Shown here: piece by piece, positions 39,565-48,047 of the stretch | Numbering within the stretch: the first letter of the stretch is position 1 | Layout of the letters: each line of letters starts with the position of its first letter | Program-made: the position numbers and the translations under genes | Notes under the pieces: generated by a model | What the model was told of the DNA's origin: nothing | Database searches by the model: none | The model's input: only the letters and a program-made list of their open reading frames with translations | Assembly (NCBI GenBank): GCA_017531445.1 | Contig: JAFXKZ010000002.1 | Span: 85,213-149,212 of the forward strand | Direction: 5' to 3' | Length of the DNA stretch: 64,000 nt | Source of the DNA: Kiritimatiellia bacterium | GTDB lineage: Bacteria; Verrucomicrobiota; Kiritimatiellia; RFP12; DVOR01

Positions 39565-41085
39565 ATGGATATTGTTTTTACCGACAAGTGTATGGAATAT
39601 GCGCGGCAGCTGCTTGAGAAGTGCCGAGCGTGCGGTGTGCGTCTGGGCACTGCAGAGTCCTGCACGGGCGGTATGCTGGGAGGTATTTTGTCTGCCTTGC
39701 CCGGCGCGAGCGAAGTTTTTGACGGTGCGATTGTTGCCTATCAGAACCGCATCAAAGAAAAACTTCTGAATGTCTCCGCAAAAACGCTTGCCACCGTGGG
39801 AGCCGTGAGTGCGGAGTGTGCCGAAGAGATGGCGCACGGGGTTTGCAATATGCTGGGGGTGCCGCTGGGAATTGCGGTTACCGGCATCGCCGGACCCGGC
39901 GGCGCAACACCTGAAAAACCGGTGGGGCGGGTGTATATTGCAGTGGCCTATCGGGGAATTGTGGCTGTAAATGAAGAGACTTTTGCCGGAAATCGCGCGG
40001 CGGTAAGGGCTGCGGCGATTGAACACGCTTTGCGATTAGCACATTCGTGCTTAGAGAAAGAGACGAAGAAAATGGTCGAGATTGACTGGTCGAATCTTGG
40101 CTTTGCGTATATGCCCACGCGGAGTCATATCAGGTATACCTGGAAAAACGGAACTTGGGATGGCGGAACTTTGGTGAATGAACCCACAATCACGATGTCG
40201 ATTGCGGCCGGTTGTCTTCACTATGGTCAGGAATGCTTTGAAGGATTGAAGGTGTTCCGTCAGAAGGATGGTAAGATCGTGGCGTTCCGTCCGCAGGCGA
40301 ATGCCGAGCGGATGCAGCGGACTGCGTATAAAACGGTAATGCCCCCTGTGCCGACGGAATTGTTCCTGGATGCGCTCAAACGTGTGGTGCGCGACAACAT
40401 TGATTATGTGCCTCCGTATGGCTGTGGTGCTTCAATGTATGTGCGTCCGTTGCTGATTGGGACCGGTCCTCAAATTGGTGTGGCACCTGCAAATGAATAT
40501 ACGTTCATTATGATGGTGATGCCGATGGGGAATTACTACAAGGGCGGGATCAAACCTGTCCGGGCGATTATTTTTGATGAGTATGACCGGGCCGCGCCTC
40601 AGGGAATGGGCGATGTGAAAGTGGGCGGCAACTATGCTGCAAGCCTTTTCGCACATGAAAAAGCACACGAAATGGGCTTCCCGGTGGAGCTTTACCTGGA
40701 TGCTAAAACGCATACCTACGTGGAAGAATTCGCCACTTCCAATTTCATTGGTTTTAAGGCTGATGGTACGTTTGTCACGGTGAAATCCACCTCTGTTTTG
40801 CCATCTGTTACCAATCTTTCATTACAGCAGTTGGCTGCGGACTTGGGGCATCCTGTTGAGATTCGTCAAGTCCCTTACGAAGAACTGCGTGATTTCGCCG
40901 AAATCGGGGCTTGCGGCACAGCAGTCGTGGTCACGCCGGTTTGCGAAGTGCATCGGAATGGCGAGGTGATTGAAATCGGCTCCAAGACCGAGTGCGGTCC
41001 GAACCTGCGGAAGTTGCATGACACCATGCAGGATATTCAATTTGGCCGTGCAGCAGATGCACATGGTTGGTGCTACGAACTCTAA
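39565..41085 (+). CDS. ilvE: In-frame fusion of a CinA C-terminal/PncC (NMN deamidase) domain and branched-chain amino acid aminotransferase
   Basis: TAESCTGG...TGIAGPGG..EKPVG PncC motifs, then from M at 40072 IDWSNLGF, LHYGQECFEGLK, DVKVGGNY and GTA; no stop between them. Confidence 0.85.
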   Translation: MDIVFTDKCMEYARQLLEKCRACGVRLGTAESCTGGMLGGILSALPGASEVFDGAIVAYQNRIKEKLLNVSAKTLATVGAVSAECAEEMAHGVCNMLGVPLGIAVTGIAGPGGATPEKPVGRVYIAVAYRGIVAVNEETFAGNRAAVRAAAIEHALRLAHSCLEKETKKMVEIDWSNLGFAYMPTRSHIRYTWKNGTWDGGTLVNEPTITMSIAAGCLHYGQECFEGLKVFRQKDGKIVAFRPQANAERMQRTAYKTVMPPVPTELFLDALKRVVRDNIDYVPPYGCGASMYVRPLLIGTGPQIGVAPANEYTFIMMVMPMGNYYKGGIKPVRAIIFDEYDRAAPQGMGDVKVGGNYAASLFAHEKAHEMGFPVELYLDAKTHTYVEEFATSNFIGFKADGTFVTVKSTSVLPSVTNLSLQQLAADLGHPVEIRQVPYEELRDFAEIGACGTAVVVTPVCEVHRNGEVIEIGSKTECGPNLRKLHDTMQDIQFGRAADAHGWCYEL

Positions 41086-41185
41086 TAATCGTTTCTACTT
41101 GTTTTCCCGGTGAGTGTCGCATCTGCTTGATGTACGCCGGCATAATGTTGATTTTCCCCATCAGCCTTTGACTGAAAGGAATCCC

Positions 41186-43000
41186 ATGACTCAAATGACC
41201 ACCTCTCAGCGTTATGGCAGTTCGTCTGCCGCCACACCGACACAGGAGATGCTGCGCAAACATGGACGCAGTGGGGCTCAGTGTGTAGTAGATGGCCTGA
41301 TCAGCAATGGTTGTGAAGTGCTTTTTGGCTATCCGGGCGGAGCGGTAATTGATATCTTTGATAAGTTGTATGACGCTCCGCTCAAGTTTGTTTTGCCACG
41401 CCATGAGCAAGGTGGCATTCATATGGCAGATGGATACGCACGTGCGACCGGGAAAGTGGGCTGTGCGTTGGTCACCTCCGGTCCGGGCGCAACGAATGCT
41501 GTTACCGGACTTGCCACCGCTATGATGGATGGCATTCCGATGGTGGTCATCTCCGGTCAGGTGGCAATGAATCTGATCGGAACGGATGCCTTCCAGGAAG
41601 CAGATACGACGGGAATCACGCGTGGCGTGACCAAACACAATTTTCTGGTGCGTTCGGTCGATGATTTGCCGCGCGTAATTGCCGAAGCCTTTTTCGTTGC
41701 CAGCACAGGCAAGCCGGGCCCGGTGCTCGTGGATATTCCCAAAAATATTCAACAGCAGTATACGTTGCAGCCGGATGTGAGTATGCAGGATGTGACGATT
41801 CGTGCCTATCAGCCAACCTTATTGCCCCCACCGGAACAGGTGGCGCGTCTGGCGGAGGCCATCAACAAGTCGCATCGCCCGGTATTGTATGTGGGTGGTG
41901 GAGCAATCGTCTCCAACAGTTGTTCGCTCTTGCGTTCTTTGGCAGAAACATACGACATCCCCGTTTGTACGACCCTGATGGGGTTGGGGGCGTTCCCCGA
42001 AACCAGCCCGCTCTCAATGTGGATGGTGGGTATGCATGGTTCCATCGCTGCCAATTACGCAATCCAGCAAGCCGATCTGGTGATTTCTGCAGGCGCGCGC
42101 TTTGATGATCGCGTAACCGGGCGGACATCCGATTTTGCCTGTGCGGCTCAAATTGCACATATCGATGTGGATGCGTCAGCAATCGGTAAGAATGTTGATA
42201 CAGATATTGCAGTTTGTGCAGATCTCCGTCAGACGCTTGAGGCGTTATTGCCATTGGTGCGAAAGGTGGATCGGTCCGAATGGGTCGCACAGGTGGCAAA
42301 GTGGCGGGAGTTGAAACCGGCGGTTTATCTGCCGCGCAAGGATGGAAAGTTGCAGCCGCAAATTGTGATTGAGGCACTTGATCGCGTTTCGGAAGGTAAG
42401 GCAACAATCGTTACGGATGTAGGACAAAATCAGATGTGGGCGGCACAGTTTTTCCGCTACACACGTCCGCGTTCCTTTTTGAGTTCGGGTGGATTGGGCA
42501 CGATGGGCTTTGGTGTTCCTGCTGCAATCGGGGCGCAATTGGCCCGTCCGGACGCGTTGATTGTCTCAATCAACGGTGACGGCGGCTTCCAGATGAATAT
42601 TCAGGAGTTGGTTGTAGCTGTTGAGCACAAGCTGCCGGTAAAGTTCATTGTTTTGAACAACTCGCATTTGGGAATGGTGCGTCAGTGGCAAGACCTCTTC
42701 TATGGTGGGCGTCACAGTGCAACCGTGCTCACGCAGGATAACCGTCCGGCAAATGAAAAGATTGTGTGCGAAGAGGAAGAACCTGCGTACTTGCCTGACT
42801 TCGTAAAGGTGGGTGAGGCATACGGTATTCGCTCAAAACGCGTATCGACACTGGAAGAAGTGGAGCAGGTTTTTGCTGAAGCATTTGCAGATCCCCATCC
42901 GTGGTTGATTGAATGTATTGTTGCTGAAGATGAAAAAGTTTTACCGATGGTGCCGCCGGGTGCTGCGCTTTCGGATATGATTCTTCCGCCTCGCAAGTAA
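41186..43000 (+). CDS. ilvB: Acetolactate synthase large subunit
   Basis: FGYPGGA, RHEQG, TSGPGATN, FDDRVTG, SGGLGTMGFG, GDGG and LGMVRQWQ. Confidence 0.96.
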   Translation: MTQMTTSQRYGSSSAATPTQEMLRKHGRSGAQCVVDGLISNGCEVLFGYPGGAVIDIFDKLYDAPLKFVLPRHEQGGIHMADGYARATGKVGCALVTSGPGATNAVTGLATAMMDGIPMVVISGQVAMNLIGTDAFQEADTTGITRGVTKHNFLVRSVDDLPRVIAEAFFVASTGKPGPVLVDIPKNIQQQYTLQPDVSMQDVTIRAYQPTLLPPPEQVARLAEAINKSHRPVLYVGGGAIVSNSCSLLRSLAETYDIPVCTTLMGLGAFPETSPLSMWMVGMHGSIAANYAIQQADLVISAGARFDDRVTGRTSDFACAAQIAHIDVDASAIGKNVDTDIAVCADLRQTLEALLPLVRKVDRSEWVAQVAKWRELKPAVYLPRKDGKLQPQIVIEALDRVSEGKATIVTDVGQNQMWAAQFFRYTRPRSFLSSGGLGTMGFGVPAAIGAQLARPDALIVSINGDGGFQMNIQELVVAVEHKLPVKFIVLNNSHLGMVRQWQDLFYGGRHSATVLTQDNRPANEKIVCEEEEPAYLPDFVKVGEAYGIRSKRVSTLEEVEQVFAEAFADPHPWLIECIVAEDEKVLPMVPPGAALSDMILPPRK

Positions 43001-43012
43001 GGGATTTCGGTT

Positions 43013-43489
43013 ATGCAGAGACACATTCTCAATGTATTGGTGGAAAACAGCCCTGGCGTGTTGGCGCGGATTGTGGGGCATATTTCCGGGCGGGGCTACA
43101 ATATTGAGACGTTAAATGTCGGGCCAACGACGGATGCTTCCATCTCAAAAATGACGATTGGTATCTCGGGAGAGCCTGAGGTGATTGTCCAGGTTGTAGC
43201 ACAACTCGCGAAGCAGATAAATGTTTTCAGCGTGGATGATGTCACCGCAAAGCCGCATATCGATCGCGAAGCTGTATTGGTGAAAGTGAGTACACGCGCT
43301 ACCGGGCGTGCTCCGGTGATCGAAGTGGCGATGTTATTTGGTGCCAAGGTGCTCGGTGTGCATCCTGATTCCTTAACTATTCAAATGGTGGGCTCTCAAA
43401 TGCAAGTAGGGCAGTTTTTGACGCTTTTGCAGCCGTTTGATGTGTTGGACATCTCACGTTCCGGCTCAATTGCAATGGCCCAAAGTTGA
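43013..43489 (+). CDS. ilvN: Acetolactate synthase small regulatory subunit
   Basis: VLVENSPGVLARI..RGYNIETL ACT domain and SRSG. Confidence 0.93.
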   Translation: MQRHILNVLVENSPGVLARIVGHISGRGYNIETLNVGPTTDASISKMTIGISGEPEVIVQVVAQLAKQINVFSVDDVTAKPHIDREAVLVKVSTRATGRAPVIEVAMLFGAKVLGVHPDSLTIQMVGSQMQVGQFLTLLQPFDVLDISRSGSIAMAQS

Positions 43490-43552
43490 AGTTCTTACCA
43501 CTGCTTTGTTTAGCGCATTCCTCTTATCCTTAAATGTAAGCGAGAGATAAAA

Positions 43553-44392
43553 ATGAAACGTTTCGCCGTGCTTGGGCATCCGATTGGGCATAGTTTTTCT
43601 CCGGTGATGCACACGGCAAGTTTCAACGCGATTGAATTTGAGGGCGAGTATACGCGCCGGGACGTTCCGCCGGAGAGGTTGCAGGAGGCTCTTTTAGAGC
43701 TTGCCGAAGCGGGATTTTGTGGTGTTAACCTGACAATCCCGCACAAGCAACTTGCGCTTCCAATGATGGATGAGCTTACGCCGGAAGCGCAACGGCTCGG
43801 AGCTGTGAATACGGTTCGTTTCAAAGATGGCAAAATGTATGGTCACAACACCGATGGGCCGGGTTTCCTCGCAGCAGTGCGCGCATCGTTAGATTTCACA
43901 CCAAAAGGGAATACTGCAGCCGTAGTTGGGTGTGGGGGGGCCGGACGAGCTGTAGCGTTATCATTGGCGCATGGTGGTGCTGCATGGCTGGGCGTGATGG
44001 ATGTGGATGCGTCACGTGCCAGACTTTTAGTGGATGAAATAGTTGCAACTACTGCTACTTGTGCTGAAATAATTCCGGTTGAACGTTTGAGGGAAGCGCA
44101 TCTGGTCGCACAATGTTCTCCAAGCGGATTGGCAATTATGCCGGAGCCGGCTGTCCCGGCATCGGCATTTCAAATGTCGCAAGTGCTCTATGATATTGTA
44201 ATTCCTCCCGGCTCTTCAGAGACGCCTACAATGCGGACATATCGCGAAGCGGGCGGCAGACGTTGTGCAAATGGCATCCGTATGTTAGTCGAACAAGGTG
44301 CGCTTTCGTTTGAGTTTTGGACGGATGGCATTGCGGCTGATCGCGCAGCGATGTTTGCCGCTGTGGAGCGAGAGGTGAGCAGTCATGCTTGA
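43553..44392 (+). CDS. aroE: Shikimate dehydrogenase
   Basis: GHPIGHSFSP, NLTIPHK, GAVNT, GHNTDG, GCGGAG and MLVEQG. Confidence 0.94.
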   Translation: MKRFAVLGHPIGHSFSPVMHTASFNAIEFEGEYTRRDVPPERLQEALLELAEAGFCGVNLTIPHKQLALPMMDELTPEAQRLGAVNTVRFKDGKMYGHNTDGPGFLAAVRASLDFTPKGNTAAVVGCGGAGRAVALSLAHGGAAWLGVMDVDASRARLLVDEIVATTATCAEIIPVERLREAHLVAQCSPSGLAIMPEPAVPASAFQMSQVLYDIVIPPGSSETPTMRTYREAGGRRCANGIRMLVEQGALSFEFWTDGIAADRAAMFAAVEREVSSHA

Positions 44393-45467
44393 TTTCCTGA
44401 TGGGGCTTTCTGAAGAGGATGCAACGTTTCTTTCGCGTATCGCAATTGGGTTCGTCGTTTGTTTAGGTGCCGTTATCGGCAGTTTTCTGAATGTTTGCAT
44501 CTATCGGATTCCTTTAGGGCAGTCGGTCAGTCGGCCGCGTTCACATTGTTTCAGTTGCGGGAAAACGATTCCGTGGTATCACAATATCCCGGTGTTGACA
44601 TGGTTCATTCTGCGGGGAAAGTGTTCAAACTGCAGGGCGCCGATCAGCTTTCGTTATCCTGTGATTGAGGCATTGACGGCGATTCTTTTTTTGCTCGTCT
44701 TTCAGATGTGGGGAAATCCTGCGCTTTTGGGCTTGAATCCGCTTTCGATTCCTGAACTGATTCCCATCTTTTGGCTTTTTGTTGCTTCCACGGTGGTCAA
44801 TGTGATGATTGACATTGATCATCGTATTTTACTGGACAGAATTTCAATTGGCGGGACATTGCTTATTTTTGCCGTGTCCGCGGCATTCCCAATACTGCAT
44901 GGTGCAACAGGATGGTTTTCCGGCTTGCTGGCTGCGTTTGGGGGTGCATTGTTCGGTTTTGCACTTGGATTTGCAATTGCTTTTCTGGGCGAGCGTATTT
45001 TTTTGCAGGATGCCTTTGGCTTCGGAGATGTCAAATGGATGATGCTCTTCGGCGCACTTTTCGGATGGGTTGGATTGCTTTGGATCATGTTGCTTGCCTC
45101 TTTTCTTGGATTGGTCATGGGAAGCGGCGTCTTGATTTACAACCGTCTGAAAGGGCTTTCTGACGAACGGGCTGTTGCAATTCCCTTTGGTCCTGCGCTT
45201 GGTCTTTCCGCGCTGCTGTGGCTTTTTTGGGGACAGGCACTTTTAACAGCGTTTATTTCGTTGCGTTCATGGGTATTGATGCACGAGCAAGGCGTTTTGT
45301 TTTGCTTTGTGCCGTTGTTGTGTCTGATGTCTGCATGGCTTATTTTTCGCATTCGAATGATTCGGAAGTATAATCGCGAATGGATGGCATCGGAGGCAGA
45401 AGAGGGGAAGCCATCAGCACAAGTCGTACACGAGTCTGAAGAAGAGGGGGGGACTTCTCATGTGTGA
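44385..45467 (+). CDS. pilD: Prepilin peptidase / N-methyltransferase
   Basis: GSFLNVCIYR, RSHCFSCG, GKCSNC, IDIDH, GFGDVK and IPFGP. Confidence 0.92.
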   Translation: MLDFLMGLSEEDATFLSRIAIGFVVCLGAVIGSFLNVCIYRIPLGQSVSRPRSHCFSCGKTIPWYHNIPVLTWFILRGKCSNCRAPISFRYPVIEALTAILFLLVFQMWGNPALLGLNPLSIPELIPIFWLFVASTVVNVMIDIDHRILLDRISIGGTLLIFAVSAAFPILHGATGWFSGLLAAFGGALFGFALGFAIAFLGERIFLQDAFGFGDVKWMMLFGALFGWVGLLWIMLLASFLGLVMGSGVLIYNRLKGLSDERAVAIPFGPALGLSALLWLFWGQALLTAFISLRSWVLMHEQGVLFCFVPLLCLMSAWLIFRIRMIRKYNREWMASEAEEGKPSAQVVHESEEEGGTSHV

Positions 45468-45819
45468 TAAGATTTTGTTGGAAGGGTTGCGAGTGGAATG
45501 TATCGTAGGGGATCTGCCGCACGAACGCACGTTTCCGCAAGAGCTCTTTCTGGATATGGCACTTGATTGTGATCTGTCTGTGGCTGCTAAGAGCGATCAG
45601 TTGGCGGACACAGTGAATTATGTTGCGGTGATCAATGCCGTGCGTCACAGTTTGATTTCAGCGAAATGTCAAATGATTGAACGTGCCGCACAAGTGGCAG
45701 TGGATGCAGCATTTGCCGTAGATAAACGTATTTCTGCGGTTGATGTTTCACTCCGGAAACCCCATGCGTTGCCGGGGGTGGTCGCCGGAGTCCATATTCA
45801 TCGCACACGTTCGCTTTAA
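45460..45819 (+). CDS. folB: Dihydroneopterin aldolase
   Basis: IVG..PHER, D.L..TVNY, IERAA and KP motifs. Confidence 0.88.
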   Translation: MCDKILLEGLRVECIVGDLPHERTFPQELFLDMALDCDLSVAAKSDQLADTVNYVAVINAVRHSLISAKCQMIERAAQVAVDAAFAVDKRISAVDVSLRKPHALPGVVAGVHIHRTRSL

Positions 45820-45885
45820 TCCTTTCCGAAGGTTCTCACTGATTTTAAGGAGATCCTTTTCTTTTTTCATGAGAAAGTGTTGACA

Positions 45886-47640
45886 ATGCAAATCCCAACG
45901 ACTGCTTTCATTCTGGGCGCCGGGCTTGGAGAACGCTTGCGTCCGATGACGCTCTCAACGCCCAAACCTCTGATGCCCATCTGGAATCTTCCGCTTTTAT
46001 CACATACGCTTTCCTTGCTGGAGGCGTGGGGCATCCGCAAGGTCTACATCAATACGCATTGGCTCCCGGAAAAGATGCGCGCTTTTATGGCCGCATATTC
46101 GGGCCCGCTTCATCTGCATGAACTTTATGAACCTGAGATTTTAGGTACGGGAGGCTGCCTTCGTGCGTTAAAACCTTATTTGCAAGGAGAGCCTTTTTGG
46201 TTGGTAAATGGTGATATTGTTTTTGACTGTCGGCCTGAACCTCTGCTGGATGCATTTGAAACTTCAGGCGGTTTTGCTGCAGCTTGGGTGGAGCCGAAGC
46301 GCGGCCCCCGCACAGTAGAGGTGGATTATGCCGGAAGAGTTACGTGCTGGGCCTCGCCCACGCCCGGCGTGGAACATACGTTTACGTTTACGGGGGTGAG
46401 TCTTTTAAGTGCGGAAGTAATTGATTTTCTTCCGCAAGATCGCGCACAGTGTTCGGTGGTTGCGGCGTTCAATGCCGCGATGTATGCCGGTCGGTTTGTA
46501 CGGGCTGTGGTGCAAAAATCGGCTTATTGGAATGATGCCGGAACGTTTTCAGCCTATCTTCAGGTGCATCGGGACGTCAAAAAGAATTTGTCATTGGCGC
46601 ACTATGCTGCATATGCCTCAACAGCTCCCGCGCCGGAAGTCGTTAAGGCTCTTAAATATTTGAAATGGGATCTTGAAGAAACGATTGTGATTCCGTTAGG
46701 AAAGCGTGGCAGTCAACGCACGTTTTGGCGTTTGGTCGGAGCCCGGAAATCAGTGATTATGATTGCGTATGAAACTGAAGGCCGTGCAGAAAATGCCCGT
46801 TATGCTACGTGTGCAGAGGTGCTTGCCAAGGCCGGGGTCGCTGTTCCACGAGTTCTATTGGACAAGCCGCATTTGCTTGTTTTGGAGGACCTTGGCGACG
46901 ATACGCTCGACCATTATGTAAAGATGATTAGCGAATCGCTTGAAACGGTCCCATATACCTGTGAAGAAGCGCAGCAAGTGTGTGGGACTGAAGCGCATAC
47001 GCATGGGGCTGCATGCGCTTGCGGTCACGATCATTCCCCCCCGTTACAGGCATCAATGTTGACAAGCGTAATGGCATTATTGGCAGCGTTTCATTCTGTA
47101 AAAACAGGGCGGATGAAATTGGAACCACGCTTCGATCAAGCATTGTATGATTGGGAAGTAGGGCTGTATGAACAGTTCGTTGCGCCTTTCTCACCTGAAG
47201 CAAAAGCGGAATGGAAGCAACTGCAAGCAGCGTTGTTGAATGAGCCGGAGGTCCTAGTCCATCGTGATTTTCAGAGTTCAAATATCCTTTGGCATCGAAA
47301 CGCTCCCTGTGTAATTGATTTCCAGGGAATGCGGCGTGGTGCGGCACTTTACGATTTGGCGTCATTCCTTTACGATCCCTATGTGGATTGGGGGGCGCAC
47401 GTTATTTCTGCGGCACTTCACGCATACGCCAAGGCTTCCGGGCGAACGTATGAGACGCTCGCACATCTGTTGCCGTATGCTGCAGTGCAACGGCTTACTC
47501 AGGCGATAGGGGCTTTTCACCGTCTTGCCTCTGTGGGGCAACCCCGCTTTCTTGCCTACGTCCCTGTTGCCCGTCAGCGCGCAGCTGCTTGCGCAGAATC
47601 TGCCGGTTTTTCGGCAATCGCTGAAGCCCTTCGGGGGTGA
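45886..47640 (+). CDS. Fusion of a MurU-like nucleotidyltransferase and an AmgK-like phosphotransferase
   Basis: ILGAGLGERLRP.T...PKPL, GTGG, VNGD and WNDAGT, then GSQRTFWR, LEDLGD, HRDFQSSN, IDFQG and YDLASFL. Confidence 0.8.
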   Translation: MQIPTTAFILGAGLGERLRPMTLSTPKPLMPIWNLPLLSHTLSLLEAWGIRKVYINTHWLPEKMRAFMAAYSGPLHLHELYEPEILGTGGCLRALKPYLQGEPFWLVNGDIVFDCRPEPLLDAFETSGGFAAAWVEPKRGPRTVEVDYAGRVTCWASPTPGVEHTFTFTGVSLLSAEVIDFLPQDRAQCSVVAAFNAAMYAGRFVRAVVQKSAYWNDAGTFSAYLQVHRDVKKNLSLAHYAAYASTAPAPEVVKALKYLKWDLEETIVIPLGKRGSQRTFWRLVGARKSVIMIAYETEGRAENARYATCAEVLAKAGVAVPRVLLDKPHLLVLEDLGDDTLDHYVKMISESLETVPYTCEEAQQVCGTEAHTHGAACACGHDHSPPLQASMLTSVMALLAAFHSVKTGRMKLEPRFDQALYDWEVGLYEQFVAPFSPEAKAEWKQLQAALLNEPEVLVHRDFQSSNILWHRNAPCVIDFQGMRRGAALYDLASFLYDPYVDWGAHVISAALHAYAKASGRTYETLAHLLPYAAVQRLTQAIGAFHRLASVGQPRFLAYVPVARQRAAACAESAGFSAIAEALRG

Positions 47641-47885
47641 GACGGACGCTTTCAAGAAAAATACCTGTTTTGATGAATGACTGTTTGGCATACTTCGGTT
47701 GACACGTGTGCAACGTTCTTTTCGTTCTTCATGTGGTTCATTTTCAATATCGGCGAAACCGCATTTGATTATCGTCGAAATTAAAGCTGAAAATGGGCGA
47801 TTTTCCCACGCAAAGTCGGCGGAGTTGAAATCGTACAAAAGGCGGGAACTGATAGCGTCTAATCCAAGGCACCTGCCATCAAGGC

Positions 47886-47920
47886 AAAAATTGCTCACGT
47901 AAGGCACGTGAGCAATTTTT
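47886..47920. terminator. Bidirectional terminator-like hairpin between convergent genes
   Basis: AAAAATTGCTCACGT-aaggc-ACGTGAGCAATTTTT. Confidence 0.8.
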
Positions 47921-48002
47921 ATTTCAGTGCGTTATGACTCTGATTTCCGGTTAAGAAGCCGGATTGATTTTCTGTTTTTTCTTTTAACCAAGGCCGGAAT
48001 CA

Positions 48003-48047
48003 AAAAATAATCCGGTTGATTCTTACGAATACAACCGGGTTATTTTT
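48003..48047 (-). terminator. Hairpin immediately after the clpC stop
   Basis: AAAAATAATCCGGTTG...CAACCGGGTTATTTTT. Confidence 0.55.
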
